Shown here: one piece after another, positions 1-11,800 of the stretch | Layout: every line of letters starts with the position of its first letter | Numbering within the stretch: the stretch's first letter is position 1 | Virus record (IMG/VR): IMGVR_UViG_3300025018_000296 | Coordinates: 1 to 37,682 of that record | Strand: one strand, 5' to 3' | DNA: 37,682 bases | Origin: a virus | Lineage: Duplodnaviria > Caudoviricetes | The notes under the pieces: model-generated | Told to the model about the DNA's origin: nothing | What the model saw: only the letters and a program-made list of their open reading frames with translations | Database searches by the model: none | Position numbers and translations under genes: made by a program

Positions 1-126
1 ATAAGGCTGCATAAGGCTGCATAAGGCTGCATAAGGCTGCATAAGGCTGCATAAGGCTGCATAAGGCTGCATAAGGCTGCATAAGGCTGCATAAGGCTGC
101 ATAAGGCTGCATAAGGCTGCATAAGG
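1..126. repeat. Perfect tandem array of the 10-mer ATAAGGCTGC (12.6 copies), left contig end
   Basis: Read directly. The last unit runs into TAAGGAG, the Shine-Dalgarno of the ORF at 135. Confidence 0.98.
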
Positions 127-134
127 AGAAGATC

Positions 135-509
135 GTGAAGAAGTATCTGGTATTGATTACCTGTTTTCTTTCCGATCTGGCAATGCACTGTAGAGCCGGG
201 AGCGTCGTTTTGCTCCCGGCCAACTACACGTTGCCGGAGACGAAGAAGGGAGCCCGCCCCAAGTTCAAATACCTGGGAGAGGTGAACGCGAAAGACACCG
301 CAGGTGTAGACCCTGAGCTTGCTGAGGTCGAGCAGGTCCTGAAGGACGCTGAGATCGACCAGGGGGTCGCTGCAACCTACTTCAAGGAGGTAGGAGCATC
401 CACCCCAGAGGAAAAGCTGGTGGCAGCCAAAGAGCTGGCCCAGGAGCTGACCGAAGGGAAGGAAGATGCTGCGAAGGACGCCAAGAAGGGCGCCAAGAAG
501 CAGGGGTGA
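135..509 (+). CDS. Hypothetical phage protein of the head/neck region
   Basis: GTG start with AAGGAG RBS. Lies between the decoration gene (across the contig junction) and the adaptor gene. Confidence 0.7.
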   Translation: MKKYLVLITCFLSDLAMHCRAGSVVLLPANYTLPETKKGARPKFKYLGEVNAKDTAGVDPELAEVEQVLKDAEIDQGVAATYFKEVGASTPEEKLVAAKELAQELTEGKEDAAKDAKKGAKKQG

Positions 510-514
510 GATAG

Positions 515-1096
515 ATGGTCTCGACGGTAGTGGAAATCTGCAATATGGCACTGGCCCGGCTGGGAGACAGCAGGATCTCAGATATCGACGCAGATGAGGA
601 GAAAGCGCGACTGTGTAAGCTGTTCTATACCCAGACCAGGGATGAGGTCCTGCGGGAACACCCGTGGACCTTTGCAACTGGCAGGGCGATCCTCGCCGCT
701 ATCTCCGGGACCAATCTCACAGGGTTCGACTATCGCTATCAGCTCCCTGTTGACTGCCTCTATGTGAGGAACCAGATCGATGCTGAAGGCGAGACCTATA
801 CGGACATTACATCCAATTACAAAATCGAGGGCAGGGAGATCCATTCTGATCTTTCCCCATGCGCGATCAAATACACGAAGAAGATTGATGATCCGGCGCA
901 GTTCGACTCCCAGTTTGTCGAGGCCCTCGCCCTGAAACTTGCCTCGAAACTCGCTGTGAAACTCTCCGGAAAGCAGCAGCTTGAGGCTGGTATGATCCAG
1001 CAGTATCTGATCGTTCTGCAGAACGCGAAGGGACTCGATGGCGATGAGAGCCAGCAACAGCATGTACCCGAGACATTCTGGTCGGAGTACAACTGA
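515..1096 (+). CDS. Head-tail adaptor / tail tubular protein A (T7 gp11-like)
   Basis: N-terminal VEICNMALARLG and HPWTFA motifs typical of podovirus adaptors; 193 aa; directly precedes the nozzle gene. Confidence 0.85.
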   Translation: MVSTVVEICNMALARLGDSRISDIDADEEKARLCKLFYTQTRDEVLREHPWTFATGRAILAAISGTNLTGFDYRYQLPVDCLYVRNQIDAEGETYTDITSNYKIEGREIHSDLSPCAIKYTKKIDDPAQFDSQFVEALALKLASKLAVKLSGKQQLEAGMIQQYLIVLQNAKGLDGDESQQQHVPETFWSEYN

Positions 1097-2823
1097 TGAA
1101 CACAATCCTGAACAACTTCACCAAGGGTGAGCTCAGCCCCAAGATGGACGGGAGGATAGATGCCCCCGGATACTATCAGGGGTGCTCTACATTAGAGAAC
1201 CTGATAATCCTCCCCCAGGGCGGAGTTACCTATCGCCCGGGGACGAGGTTCGCAGGTGAGGTGAAGGATGTTTCAGCGGAGCCGGCGGCAGATCAAAAGG
1301 TGAGGCTGATTACCTTCAAGGTAACTCAGACCGACGTGTTTATCCTGGAGTTCGGGCATGAGTACGTCCGGTTCTGGAAAGATGGGGCTCAGGTACTGGA
1401 TACCGGGAGCCCCTTCGAGGTAACTACCCCCTTCCAGGGCAGAGAGATCGGAGAGGTAAGGTTTGTGAAGTGGGAGAATTCTTTCTACTTCGCCCATGCG
1501 AACCACCATCCCCAGAAGATTGCCTACGGGGGCACGAGTGATATCGACTGGACCTGGAGTGTTCCGACCTTCACAGCTGACCCATTTACCGGCGCCGGCG
1601 ACTACCCGGCCGTCATTGCTATCTACCAGCAGCGGGTACTCTATGCGGCCACTGGAAACGATCCAAACAAGATCTGGCTGACGAAGACCGGAGACCCCGA
1701 CAACTTCACGATCGGGACTGCGGATGATGATGCGATCGAACTGCCGATCTACTCCGACAACTCGACCCCGTTCCACTGGGCAGTGATGAGCGACAACATT
1801 CTTCTGGGGTCAGCGACCGAGGAATGGAGAATTGCATCTGGTGGCAAAATCACCCCTTCGAGTCTCGACTTTAAACGCTACACCGCATTCGGATCAAACA
1901 AGGTTCAGGGAAAACTTGTTCACGGAAACATGCTCTTTTTCCAGCGGGGAGGAGAGCGGCTCCGGAATTACCGTTATGCCCAGGAATCGGAATCATGGTC
2001 CTCCGAGGATCTCACCCAGCATGCGGAACATGTCCTCAGAGGGAGTGTGACCGACTACACGTTCCAGAACGACCCGGATCCTATTGTCTGGATGATCAGG
2101 GGGGATGGAGAACTGGTCGGACTCTCGATAGATCCAATCAGCCAGATCCTCGGCTTCTACCGCTGCCCGAGTGAGGGTAGCTTTGTATCGGTTGCAATGG
2201 TGCCAACTGACGGAGAAGACCGACTCTGGTTTGTCGTTGACCGGGAGATCAACGGGGCAACGAAACGGTACGTTGAGTACACCGAGACCCGATACCACGC
2301 TGAGCAGGAGGATCACTATTATGTAGACTGTGGGATAACGGCCACCGGATCAGGCCTCACAACTGTTTCCGGTCTCAGCCATCTGGAAGGATGCACCGTT
2401 GCCGTATGCGTGGATGGCAAGCCGCACCAGCAGGTTGTAGTCGATTCAGGATCCATCACTCTCACAAAATCCGGGGATAAGGTTCACGTCGGACTCCCCT
2501 ACACTGCGAAGATCCGGACGATGCGCATGGAAACTGGATCATCCTCCGGGATCGGGCAGACTAAGCGGAAGGTGATACCCAGGCTTAACCTGCGATTCTA
2601 CGAGACGATTCAGGCGAAGATTGGCCCGGATGAAGACAATCTCGACACAATCCTCTTCAACACCACAACCCAGGTCTATGGAGAAGCTGTCCCAATGTAC
2701 ACCGGGGACAAAGAGGTGCCCTTCCCCGGAGGATACAATCGGGACGCCTACATCATGATTGTGCACGACTCCCCTCTACCATTCACTCTTCTCGCCCTTG
2801 TCCCGGAGGTGAGCACAGAATGA
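1096..2823 (+). CDS. Tail tubular protein B / nozzle (T7 gp12-like)
   Basis: NNFTKGELSP...LENLIILPQGG...RPGT N-terminus and HLEG...V.VDG / VGLPY C-terminal motifs; TGATG coupling to the adaptor. Confidence 0.88.
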   Translation: MNTILNNFTKGELSPKMDGRIDAPGYYQGCSTLENLIILPQGGVTYRPGTRFAGEVKDVSAEPAADQKVRLITFKVTQTDVFILEFGHEYVRFWKDGAQVLDTGSPFEVTTPFQGREIGEVRFVKWENSFYFAHANHHPQKIAYGGTSDIDWTWSVPTFTADPFTGAGDYPAVIAIYQQRVLYAATGNDPNKIWLTKTGDPDNFTIGTADDDAIELPIYSDNSTPFHWAVMSDNILLGSATEEWRIASGGKITPSSLDFKRYTAFGSNKVQGKLVHGNMLFFQRGGERLRNYRYAQESESWSSEDLTQHAEHVLRGSVTDYTFQNDPDPIVWMIRGDGELVGLSIDPISQILGFYRCPSEGSFVSVAMVPTDGEDRLWFVVDREINGATKRYVEYTETRYHAEQEDHYYVDCGITATGSGLTTVSGLSHLEGCTVAVCVDGKPHQQVVVDSGSITLTKSGDKVHVGLPYTAKIRTMRMETGSSSGIGQTKRKVIPRLNLRFYETIQAKIGPDEDNLDTILFNTTTQVYGEAVPMYTGDKEVPFPGGYNRDAYIMIVHDSPLPFTLLALVPEVSTE

Positions 2824-3278
2824 AACGAATACTGTTGAGAAGATTGAAGCCTGATGACCTTCAACATGTGAATCCAGGTTTGTTTGACCTCTTCATGCGC
2901 GAAGGCGTTAACGGACCATCTTACACCGGATACGATGCGACGAACGAGGACGGAGGACATGCAGAAGACGAGGCTGAGATAGTGTTCTGCTGCGGAGTTC
3001 AGAACATATTCCAACACTCCGGAGAAGCCTGGTTTGAGTTCGGTCCGAATGGAAAGGGTTACGTAAACGCATTCAAGGTTATCAGGGAATTACTGCACCA
3101 CCACATAATACCTCGATATAACTATTCCAGAGTACAGGCGACCGCCGACCTGTCCGTCCCCGAAACAGTGAGATTTCTCGAACACCTTGGATTTGAGAGG
3201 GAGGGAGTACTGAGGGCATACGGACCACAAGGTCAAGACATGGCCATGTACGCAGTTATTCCGGGAGGTAGACGATGA
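2820..3278 (+). CDS. GNAT-fold protein (T7 gp13 / P22 gp14 position)
   Basis: RVQAT...RFLEHLGFEREGVLRAYG acetyltransferase-like C-terminus; sits between nozzle and ejection genes. Confidence 0.75.
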   Translation: MKRILLRRLKPDDLQHVNPGLFDLFMREGVNGPSYTGYDATNEDGGHAEDEAEIVFCCGVQNIFQHSGEAWFEFGPNGKGYVNAFKVIRELLHHHIIPRYNYSRVQATADLSVPETVRFLEHLGFEREGVLRAYGPQGQDMAMYAVIPGGRR

Positions 3279-4012
3279 GACGATGGTACGAACCAGACTA
3301 CGATCCGTATGATTGTTTCAGAGCTTTCTATGATCCCGTCACCGCTTTCGTTGCTGGGACCACTTTCGGTATTGTTGGCCAGATCTATGGTGGAATCCAG
3401 GCTAACAAAGCGGCAAAGCGTCAGGCAAAAGAACAGGAGCGTATCGCTGAGGAACAGTACAAAATATACAAGGGAAGGATGATCGGCGAAGAGGGCGCCC
3501 CCGGATCTGTTGAACAGCTACACGATCAAGAGCAGGGAGCATACGGGTCTCTCCTTTCCGGTGCTGCAGCCTCCGGGGTGAAGGTTGAACAGTTTGAGCG
3601 ACCAGAGAGGATGAGCGCAGAGGATCGAATAGGACTGCGGGAGGAGAGAGAGGAGCTTGATAAGTTCAATGCCATGGGTATTGCCAAGAACGGCTCCGAC
3701 AGGCAGGCGCAGATAGACGATATCGACAAGCAAATTGCAGACGCGGTTCCGAAGCCGGAAGAGGCTACCGACACACTTGAGGCGCTCAGGAACAAGATCA
3801 CAACGACCTACAGTTCAGCAGAGGAGAACCTGTACGCCGATCTTGATCAGGCCAAATTAGGCCTCGAGAGCGCCCTGTTCGATGCAGAGGAGACCAGGCG
3901 TCAGGGAGAAGCTGCTTTATGGGGTGGGATCCTCGGAGGCGGAGGTACACTCCTCACTGGGTATGGGATGGCAAGGACGCCGAAAGCTGACGGCGGATGG
4001 GGGATATTCTGA
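3275..4012 (+). CDS. Small internal virion (ejection) protein
   Basis: Gly/Ala-rich hydrophobic N- and C-terminal segments flanking a coiled coil; first of three ORFs of increasing size. Confidence 0.65.
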   Translation: MRRWYEPDYDPYDCFRAFYDPVTAFVAGTTFGIVGQIYGGIQANKAAKRQAKEQERIAEEQYKIYKGRMIGEEGAPGSVEQLHDQEQGAYGSLLSGAAASGVKVEQFERPERMSAEDRIGLREEREELDKFNAMGIAKNGSDRQAQIDDIDKQIADAVPKPEEATDTLEALRNKITTTYSSAEENLYADLDQAKLGLESALFDAEETRRQGEAALWGGILGGGGTLLTGYGMARTPKADGGWGIF

Positions 4013-5817
4013 TGCAATTACCGAGCCCCGGAAACATCCCCGGCAATGCCATCGCTCAGTTCGGTCAGGATCTTGTGCGATTCGGTGAGATTGGCCTACG
4101 CCGGCAAAACTCACTCGACCAAGCGCAGCGTGATGTGGAGATCTCGAAAGCCTACACCACCATGAATGAGTCAGTCGTCGGGAAGTTCAGAGAGTTCCAG
4201 CAGAACTGGGATGCTCCTGACGAAGCAGGACAGCCGCACTATCTCGGATATGGGACTCACTTCGATTCATACAGGGAACAGCTGTGGTCTGATCTCTCGA
4301 AGACCTTCTCAGACCCGCAGACCGCTGACCTTTTCTTCCCGACCTTCAACGAGGCGATGAGCCAGCAGAAGATCAAGGTAGAAGAGCTGGTCCATACCTA
4401 TAAGCGTGCTCAGGTTCAGGAGGACTTCCTCGATCTGATAGACCGGACAGTCCAGATGCCAGGCATGTCTCCGGAGACGAAGAAGGCAGACTTGAAGACT
4501 GAGCTGGCCAACATGATCCAGCACGGGATTGTGACGGCAGATGAGGCTGCAGCCGTTGAGACGGAGAAGTTCTATCAGATTGATTTCAACGCAGTGAGTG
4601 AGACCGCGGGAACCATGTTCAACTCCCAGGGATGGGATGCTACCCGGTCCTACCTGATGCGAGCTGAAGGACTGAAAGAAGAGGACAGGAAGAAGCTCCT
4701 TGCCAGATTCGGGGATGAGGACACGTACCAGAAGAAGCGGCAGGAAGAAGAACGCAAGGTAGCGGGGGGCCAGGAGTATCTGGCTCTCATTGAGGATGTT
4801 GAAGAAGGGCGAATATCAAGCCACGAAAACCTGTTTGAGCACATGAAGGTCCGCGGAAGAAACCTCAGTGAAGCGCAAGTGGATAAGCTGAGGAACGCGA
4901 TAAAAGGGGAAGCTGCGAGCGCGAAAAACCCAGAATTGAAAAGCGATCAAGGGTTCATGAATGATCTGTACCTGGCAAAGATCCGCGGGGAAGACATAGA
5001 CACACTGGAGGAGAAGGCTTACTGGGGAGCGAACCCCGACAACTTTGAGGATGGAGTGCCACGAATCACAGCCAAGGACGCGCAAGAGTTCATCCAAGAG
5101 ACAAGGAAAGATATTCCATGGCACAGCAGGGTGACAGACGAGCTTGCCGCTGAGATACGAGACCTCGCCGTTGGAGACGATGCAATCATTCCAAACGCTG
5201 AAACTGAAGTGTGGATTGCCGACATGCTTGAGTTTGCAAACTCGCAGGTGAAGCCTGGCGATCCAAGGACTCCCCAGGCCCCTCGAGTTGACGAATCCCT
5301 TATCAGGGACTGGCTCAAGGCCCGAGTCACCGAAAGAGTGAAGAACAGGGTAAAGAGGGAGGGCCTGAGGAGTTTCATGGATTCCGCGCCACTGTTACCC
5401 CTTTCAGGAACAGAGAAGGTTCTTCAGGAAGCTGAACAAGGACTGTACACGGGAGTTGTCAAGGAAGACGTGATCAAGAAATATCTCGCCGTTCCTGAGC
5501 TCTCAGACTATGTAACTATGGGTGAAGAAATCGCGCGGACAGCCTACGGGAGGCGGTTCGACGATCTGCCAGAGAGGCAGAAGAACGAGGTTGTATCCAA
5601 CGCTAACATGGTAGTCGTACTCCACAATCTGAAGAACGCCGCAGCAGACGAGCTGGGAGTAACTTCCCCGATATTGGCACTCACCAACCGAGGGGAGCCG
5701 CTGGTAATCGATTCTCAGAGTGGGAAAGCCTACACCGCCCGCACGGTAGACAAGGATGAGAAGTGGTTCTACTGGGACGACAGACTTGAGGACTATGTGC
5801 CCCTGGAGCGTGATTGA
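4012..5817 (+). CDS. Middle internal virion (ejection) protein
   Basis: About 600 aa, helical composition, synteny. Start moved to the TGATG-coupled ATG at 4012. Confidence 0.6.
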   Translation: MQLPSPGNIPGNAIAQFGQDLVRFGEIGLRRQNSLDQAQRDVEISKAYTTMNESVVGKFREFQQNWDAPDEAGQPHYLGYGTHFDSYREQLWSDLSKTFSDPQTADLFFPTFNEAMSQQKIKVEELVHTYKRAQVQEDFLDLIDRTVQMPGMSPETKKADLKTELANMIQHGIVTADEAAAVETEKFYQIDFNAVSETAGTMFNSQGWDATRSYLMRAEGLKEEDRKKLLARFGDEDTYQKKRQEEERKVAGGQEYLALIEDVEEGRISSHENLFEHMKVRGRNLSEAQVDKLRNAIKGEAASAKNPELKSDQGFMNDLYLAKIRGEDIDTLEEKAYWGANPDNFEDGVPRITAKDAQEFIQETRKDIPWHSRVTDELAAEIRDLAVGDDAIIPNAETEVWIADMLEFANSQVKPGDPRTPQAPRVDESLIRDWLKARVTERVKNRVKREGLRSFMDSAPLLPLSGTEKVLQEAEQGLYTGVVKEDVIKKYLAVPELSDYVTMGEEIARTAYGRRFDDLPERQKNEVVSNANMVVVLHNLKNAAADELGVTSPILALTNRGEPLVIDSQSGKAYTARTVDKDEKWFYWDDRLEDYVPLERD

Positions 5818-8800
5818 TGGAAGTGCCAGGAGTAAGAGTACAGGAACGCCGCGAAAGTCCAGAGGCTGTACAGCAGCAGCCACAGACGAGGCCTAAAACG
5901 CCAGCCTTGAACGTGCCTCCGGGGACGCGAGAGGTATTCAATCCTGCGACCCACACGCCGGCGGAGAATATGGTCGCCCTACCCCCAGACACGAAGATCG
6001 TTTACGACCCGCGGGTGGAAGAATCCCGCGGACGCGCGATGAGTTATATCAAGGACTACGTAGAACGCTCAGACGACCCACAGGGCGCGAGCGCGAAGAT
6101 CAACGCCTCAGTACACTTCGCCAGGGAGCTTGACATGGATCCGGCGCTGGTGTTCGAGCAGTTTGACACCATCGTGGAGCAGGTATACGGCCGGAAGATG
6201 GATCCTCTCTCCGCATGGGAGACAATCGGTCTTTCGTGGAAGACCGGGACCATGAACACAGAGCTGGGACTTCTTAGCTCCCAGCAGATGATGAACGTTA
6301 TTGCAACCGGACAATACGATGAGGCTCTGCAGGGGAAAATCGACAAACACAAAGCAGCTATGCCGCCAGTAGATGAGCAGCGAAGAGCAATCCCGGTTCA
6401 GGCCGTGAAGTCCTTGTTCGAAATGATGCCAACCTGGCTTGAGGGAGCTGAGAGGGGAACACAAAGAGGACTTGCGTATGGTGCTGGTGGGGCTGCAGTG
6501 ACTGCTCTCGCTGGACAAGCAGGACCCCAGGCAGTATTGCCGGAAGAAGTAGTTACCGTGCCCGCTGCCTTCATCGCTCTTTATGGTGTAGGCCAAGTCT
6601 CGGGTGCTCTGGAAAACATCTGGAAGATCGAGGCCGGGCTGGCCTTCGAGGAGATAGCTTCCCTCGAGGACGAGAACGGAGAGAAGATCAATCCCCGGAT
6701 TGCCGCGGCCGCCTCATTCGGAGTCGGAGCCGTGAACGCCGCTATTGAAATGTTCCAGATCGGGAATATTCCAGGAGTAGACCGTATCATTGCCTCCGCC
6801 ACCAGGAAAGCTACCAAGCGACTTCTGGTATCCGGGGGGCTGAAGGAGGTCGCAAAGCGGGCTCTCAGGACCTACGGGACTTCTATCGTGACCGAGACCG
6901 CCCAGGAGGTTGCACAGGAATCAACGAATCTCTTCATGTCTGAGGTGGCGAAAGAGATCAACAACCAGGTCAACGGGACGAGCTTCACTCAAGTCCAGGC
7001 AGATGAGGTTATCTCCCGTCTGGGGGAGACGGCCAAACAGTCAGCCCTCGCCTTCTCGATTATGGGAATCCCCGGTACAGTAACCGGTTCAATTCAAGAC
7101 CGGACCGCACAGCTCAGGTTTCAGGAAGATGTCCGCGGCAAGGTCACTCAGGCGGAACAGGTCCGGGATAACATAGCCAAGGCTCTCACTGAGGAACCAC
7201 TGGCCCCCGGGAAGACTCCGGACGAGGTGGTAGTTGAATACCTGCAGAATGCCACCAATGAAGAGGTGGACGCCCTTATCGACACCCTCGGAAGCCAGGA
7301 AGCCCCAGTAGAGCGCCAAGCCTGGGAAATGACCGCCGAGGAATACACCGCAAATCAGGCGCCGAAGCAGGCAAAGTCTGTCACCCCCGGATTGTACACT
7401 CCAGCGCAGGAGAAGGTTATCTCCGCCGTTATGGAGCGGTCGAACCTGGATGAGCGACAGGCTGGGCTTGTGTCGATGTTCATGGAGATGGGCGCCCGCG
7501 GGCGCGGGATGGCACTCGGGGAGTTCGTCGATACCTACTACACGAACGAGATCTTCTCTGAGGCGACGATCAAGCAGACTCCAGACGGCCAGGAGGCGAA
7601 AGGATACTGGCAGATCGTTGAGAATGCCAAGAACCTGATCGCCATCGGAGAGAAGGCAGACTTCGGAACGTTCATACACGAGATAGGACACAGCTTCTTC
7701 CCCTATCTGGATGATGCACAAACCCAGAAAGTCCGGGAGTGGACAGGGTTCACCGGAGAGAACTGGTACTCCCCCGAGGGCAAGCAGGCACAGGAGCAGT
7801 TCGCCGACGGATTCATCGAATACCTGAAGACCGGGGAAGCGGTGGACGCTGAAACCCGCTCTCTCTTCCAGCAGTTCAAGAACTTCCTACAGGAGATCTA
7901 TGGGTACCTCTCCCGCACCCTGCAGCTGAACGACGGGATCCGTGATGTCTACTCTCAGCTCTTGGGACTGGATACAGATCAGGCTTCCGCCCGGGAGCGC
8001 GTGGAGGAGACAGCCAGGAAGGTGAAGGCGGAGGTTGACCAGGCATTCAACAAAGCAACCGAGCGGATCCAGAACGAGATCGATGAGGCGATGCCGCTCT
8101 TCCATGTATCGGCTTACCACGGTAGCCCTCACACTTTCGACCGTTTTTCCACTGAAAAGATGGGGACCGGAGAGGGGGTACAGGCCTTTGGCTATGGGTT
8201 GTACTTCACCAGTGAGTCGGGAATTGCTGAATGGTATGCCCGGAAACTTGCAGGCGAAGAGGGATTGAAATATCGGATTGCTGGGAAGAAGTATACCCAG
8301 GGAGAGATTCCCAATAATCTTAGATTCCAGATCAGGATGTATGAGAAGGCGCCGACCGAAGAACGGAAGACGATCATGCTCGATACGATCAGAAAGGAGA
8401 TTGAGAAGAGCCAGGACGATGCGCAGCTCCGAATACTGAACGAGATTGATCAGGCATTGTCAACCAGTGAAAGCACTCCAGACCTGGCTGGCATTGAAAG
8501 AGAAGTCCCTCGAAACTTGTACAGGGTATCTCTCTTCAAGGACAAAGACCCTGCTGAATACACCTGGCTGGAATGGTACGATCCTATCCCGGCAGAATCA
8601 GCCAAGAAAATCAGGGCTTACCTTGAGGCGGCCCCACAAAACGACTTTCAAGCCACGGTTCAGAGTTTTATCAATCAAGGTGATTTCGGGGTCACTCTAT
8701 CCGACCTACAGCAATCACTCGGAGAAGAGACTGGGGAAGCCTTCTATCGGCTGCTATCCAGGGCAGTCGGAGCGCCGAAGGACGCAAGCAAAATGCTCCA

Positions 8801-11800
8801 TGCGGCAGGGATCGATGGTATCAAATACCCGGCGCAGTCTCTCGCTACCGGGAAGATCGATTATTCCCAAGGGACCAACTATGTCGTCTTCGATGAGAAT
8901 GCCGTTAATGTAGAGGATCATATCCTCTTCCAGACCTCCGCCCACGAAGAGGCCGTCCAGCAGGCGGTTGCCGAGGGAAAGCCGGTCCCCGATTCCGTTC
9001 TTCAGGAATACGCCGACCGGGACTGGGCGCAGGCCGAACTTGCCCGCCGTGTCGGCGAGGATCCTATCCCTGAGTCGATGCAGTATCTCTACGATGAGGC
9101 CCGGGATCGCGACGACAAAGACAGCTTCAGAACCTACCTGGAAACGTTCTTTTTCGATGATGAGGAGCTCTCACAGCTCTCTCAGGAAGAGTTCAGCCAG
9201 ATTGTTGACACTGTATGGGGCGCCGTTCATGAGAAGTATTTATCCCGCAGCGATGCGAATGACCAGTTCCTCGAGGCAATGCAGGAAAAGCATGTCATGG
9301 AGAACGCCCTCTATGAGTTGGTTCAGAACGGTTTTACCGGCGGGTTCGGCCTGAACAAGGTCGAAACAAGCATAATCCTTAGAATCGGCGCAGAGAAGCC
9401 GTTGTCAGAGAAACAATACGCATATCTTCTCGGTCAACTCCAGGACCACCCAGAGCGATACCGAGAAGCACTCTCCTTCTACGATCCGGCACATAAGGAC
9501 TCAGGGCAGATCCGCTATGAGCAGATGATGGAAGAGCTGGACGCTGCCAAGGAGCAGGACAGGGAAGACCAGCGGAAGGCGGACCGTCTCCGCCTGGCGG
9601 TAATGAAAGAGCTCGGGATCAGCTCCCCAGACGAGATCGATGACAAGCTCTTCAAAAAGTTCATGAAGGGAAAGGCGAAGTACCAGGAGGTGCAGGACGC
9701 CTACCGGAAGAGCCAGCGGGAAGTGGCAGACCTCGAGAAGCAGGTCGCCAAGATGGACAAGGAGATCCTGGACGATGAACGCCGGATCCGGAAGATGTCC
9801 GAGGCTCACAGCAAAGTCCTCAAAGAAAACCAGAATATAAAGCGTACTGCCAGGTCTGAGGCATCCAAGGAGTTCGCCCGGCTAAAGGAAATGCAGGCTG
9901 AGAAAAAGAAAGCTCTCCGAGAACAGCGGGCGATGAAGGACCAGATGCGCCGTCTGGCAAAGTTGATCATGAAGAAGCCCGGGCCTTCAATCCACCTGGA
10001 GGAGAAGCGGGCGATCAGGGCGATCCAGGAGACAATCGACCCGAACTTCAGGAGCGCAAAAACCTTACAGAAGCGCAGGGACGCCCTACTCAAGGAAGCT
10101 GTAGGACTCGAGGTTCCCCAGGAGATCCTCGACATCGCCCAGAAGAGGACCCTCAATGACTTCACGATGGAGGACCTGGAGAGGGTTTACTCCCACGTGA
10201 TGGGCCTCACCCGGATCGGCAGGGCGAAGCGGGATGCTGAGGTTGCTATCGAGAAGAAAGAGGCTCAGATGGTGGCTGGAAAGATCATCAGCCAGATCCT
10301 TGCAGGCGAAGCCCTGGATCTGCAGATTCCCACCAACGCAAAGGAAACTCGAAAGGGGACCATCAAGAAGACGATAATCACCGGGAAGCTTGAGGGCTGG
10401 AAACCGCTGAGGATCTTCGAGTGGCTCGACGGGAAGAGTAACGGGGAAATGGCCAGATACTTCTATTGGAAGGAGAACGGCCTCACCAACGAAACCATCC
10501 GTGCGGTCAATAACCGTCGGGATGCAATGCAGAACGCGCTGAATTCTCTCGGCATTGAGGCCCGTACCCTCGGGAGAGAGATCGGGGGACCGAAGGGGAC
10601 CTATACCGCCGACCAGGTGCTCTCCTTCTATGTCGGGGTGCAGAACCGACTGAAGATGGAAGCTCTGATGCAGTCAGAAGGGATGAGCGCCCCACAACTG
10701 CAGCTCTACATTGCAAAGCTGACACCCCAGGAGAAGGCCCTCGGGGATGCGATCATTCAGGATTATTCCGACAACTATGAGCGCCTCGAGAAAGCATACA
10801 ACGTATACACCAACGAGGAACTGGGAAGCCAGGAAGCCTACACTCCAATCATAACCACTGAATCCGATGCAGAGCCGCTCGATCAGCAGCTCGCCAAGCA
10901 CATCCTCGGGAAAGAGGGGGTCGGGAATCGGTACACAGAAAAGGGGTTCACGAAAGAGCGGAAGGGCGGATCCCTTGCCATTCGCCTCGGGGAACTCTCG
11001 ATATGGCAGGACCAGATCGGGAAGCAGGAACACTTCATCTCACATGCCCACTACGTCCGGCAGCTGAACCGGGTTCTGGCGAACCGAAATCTATCGATCG
11101 CCATGAAGCAGAAGCAGGATTATGAGGTCTACAAATGGCTGAAGCAGTACGTCTCCGATATCGCACAGTATAACATCCATACCCCGGTAACCTTGGCAGA
11201 AAAGGTCTTGGCCGGCTGGAGGAAGCGGCTTTCCGTGGTCCACCTCTCCCTTAATCTCCCCGTAATCGGACGGCAGGTCTGGTCCTACCCAAACGTCCTC
11301 GGGTATGCAGACGCCGATATCTGGGCGAGGACCCCTCTGGAGTTTGCCGGGAAACCAGCAGAGATCACCAAGTTCGTTGAGGAGCGAAGCCCGCAGGTGA
11401 AAGAGCGGAGCATGGAGACGGTATTCGAGGAAATATCCGCACTGAACCGTGGAAAGAGCGAGAACACACGCCGACGGATCGCAGAGGCTCCGATGAAGTG
11501 GATCTCCGCTGTAGACAAGGGAACCTGTGTAATCACCTGGAAAGCTGCATACGACACGAATATACGGAAACAGCAGAAGGAGATTGATGCCGGGAGGCGG
11601 GGCATGATCAACGAGGACGAGGCTATTCGACACGCCGATACCGCATTCCTGAAAACCCAGCCCCAGGCCCGCGCGAAAGACCTTGCATGGATCTACCGCC
11701 AGGGCGAGGCAGCAAAGATGTTCCTCATGTTCAGCCAGCAGCTCAATCAGTTGTGGAATATTACCACAGCCGACATGCCGATGTTCTGGCGAGAGAAGAA

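Noticed and set aside
1-126. True terminal repeats or telomeres of a linear genome
   Set aside because: The ends fall mid-operon and rejoin into a normal stop/RBS junction, which fits an assembly break in a circular sequence better.
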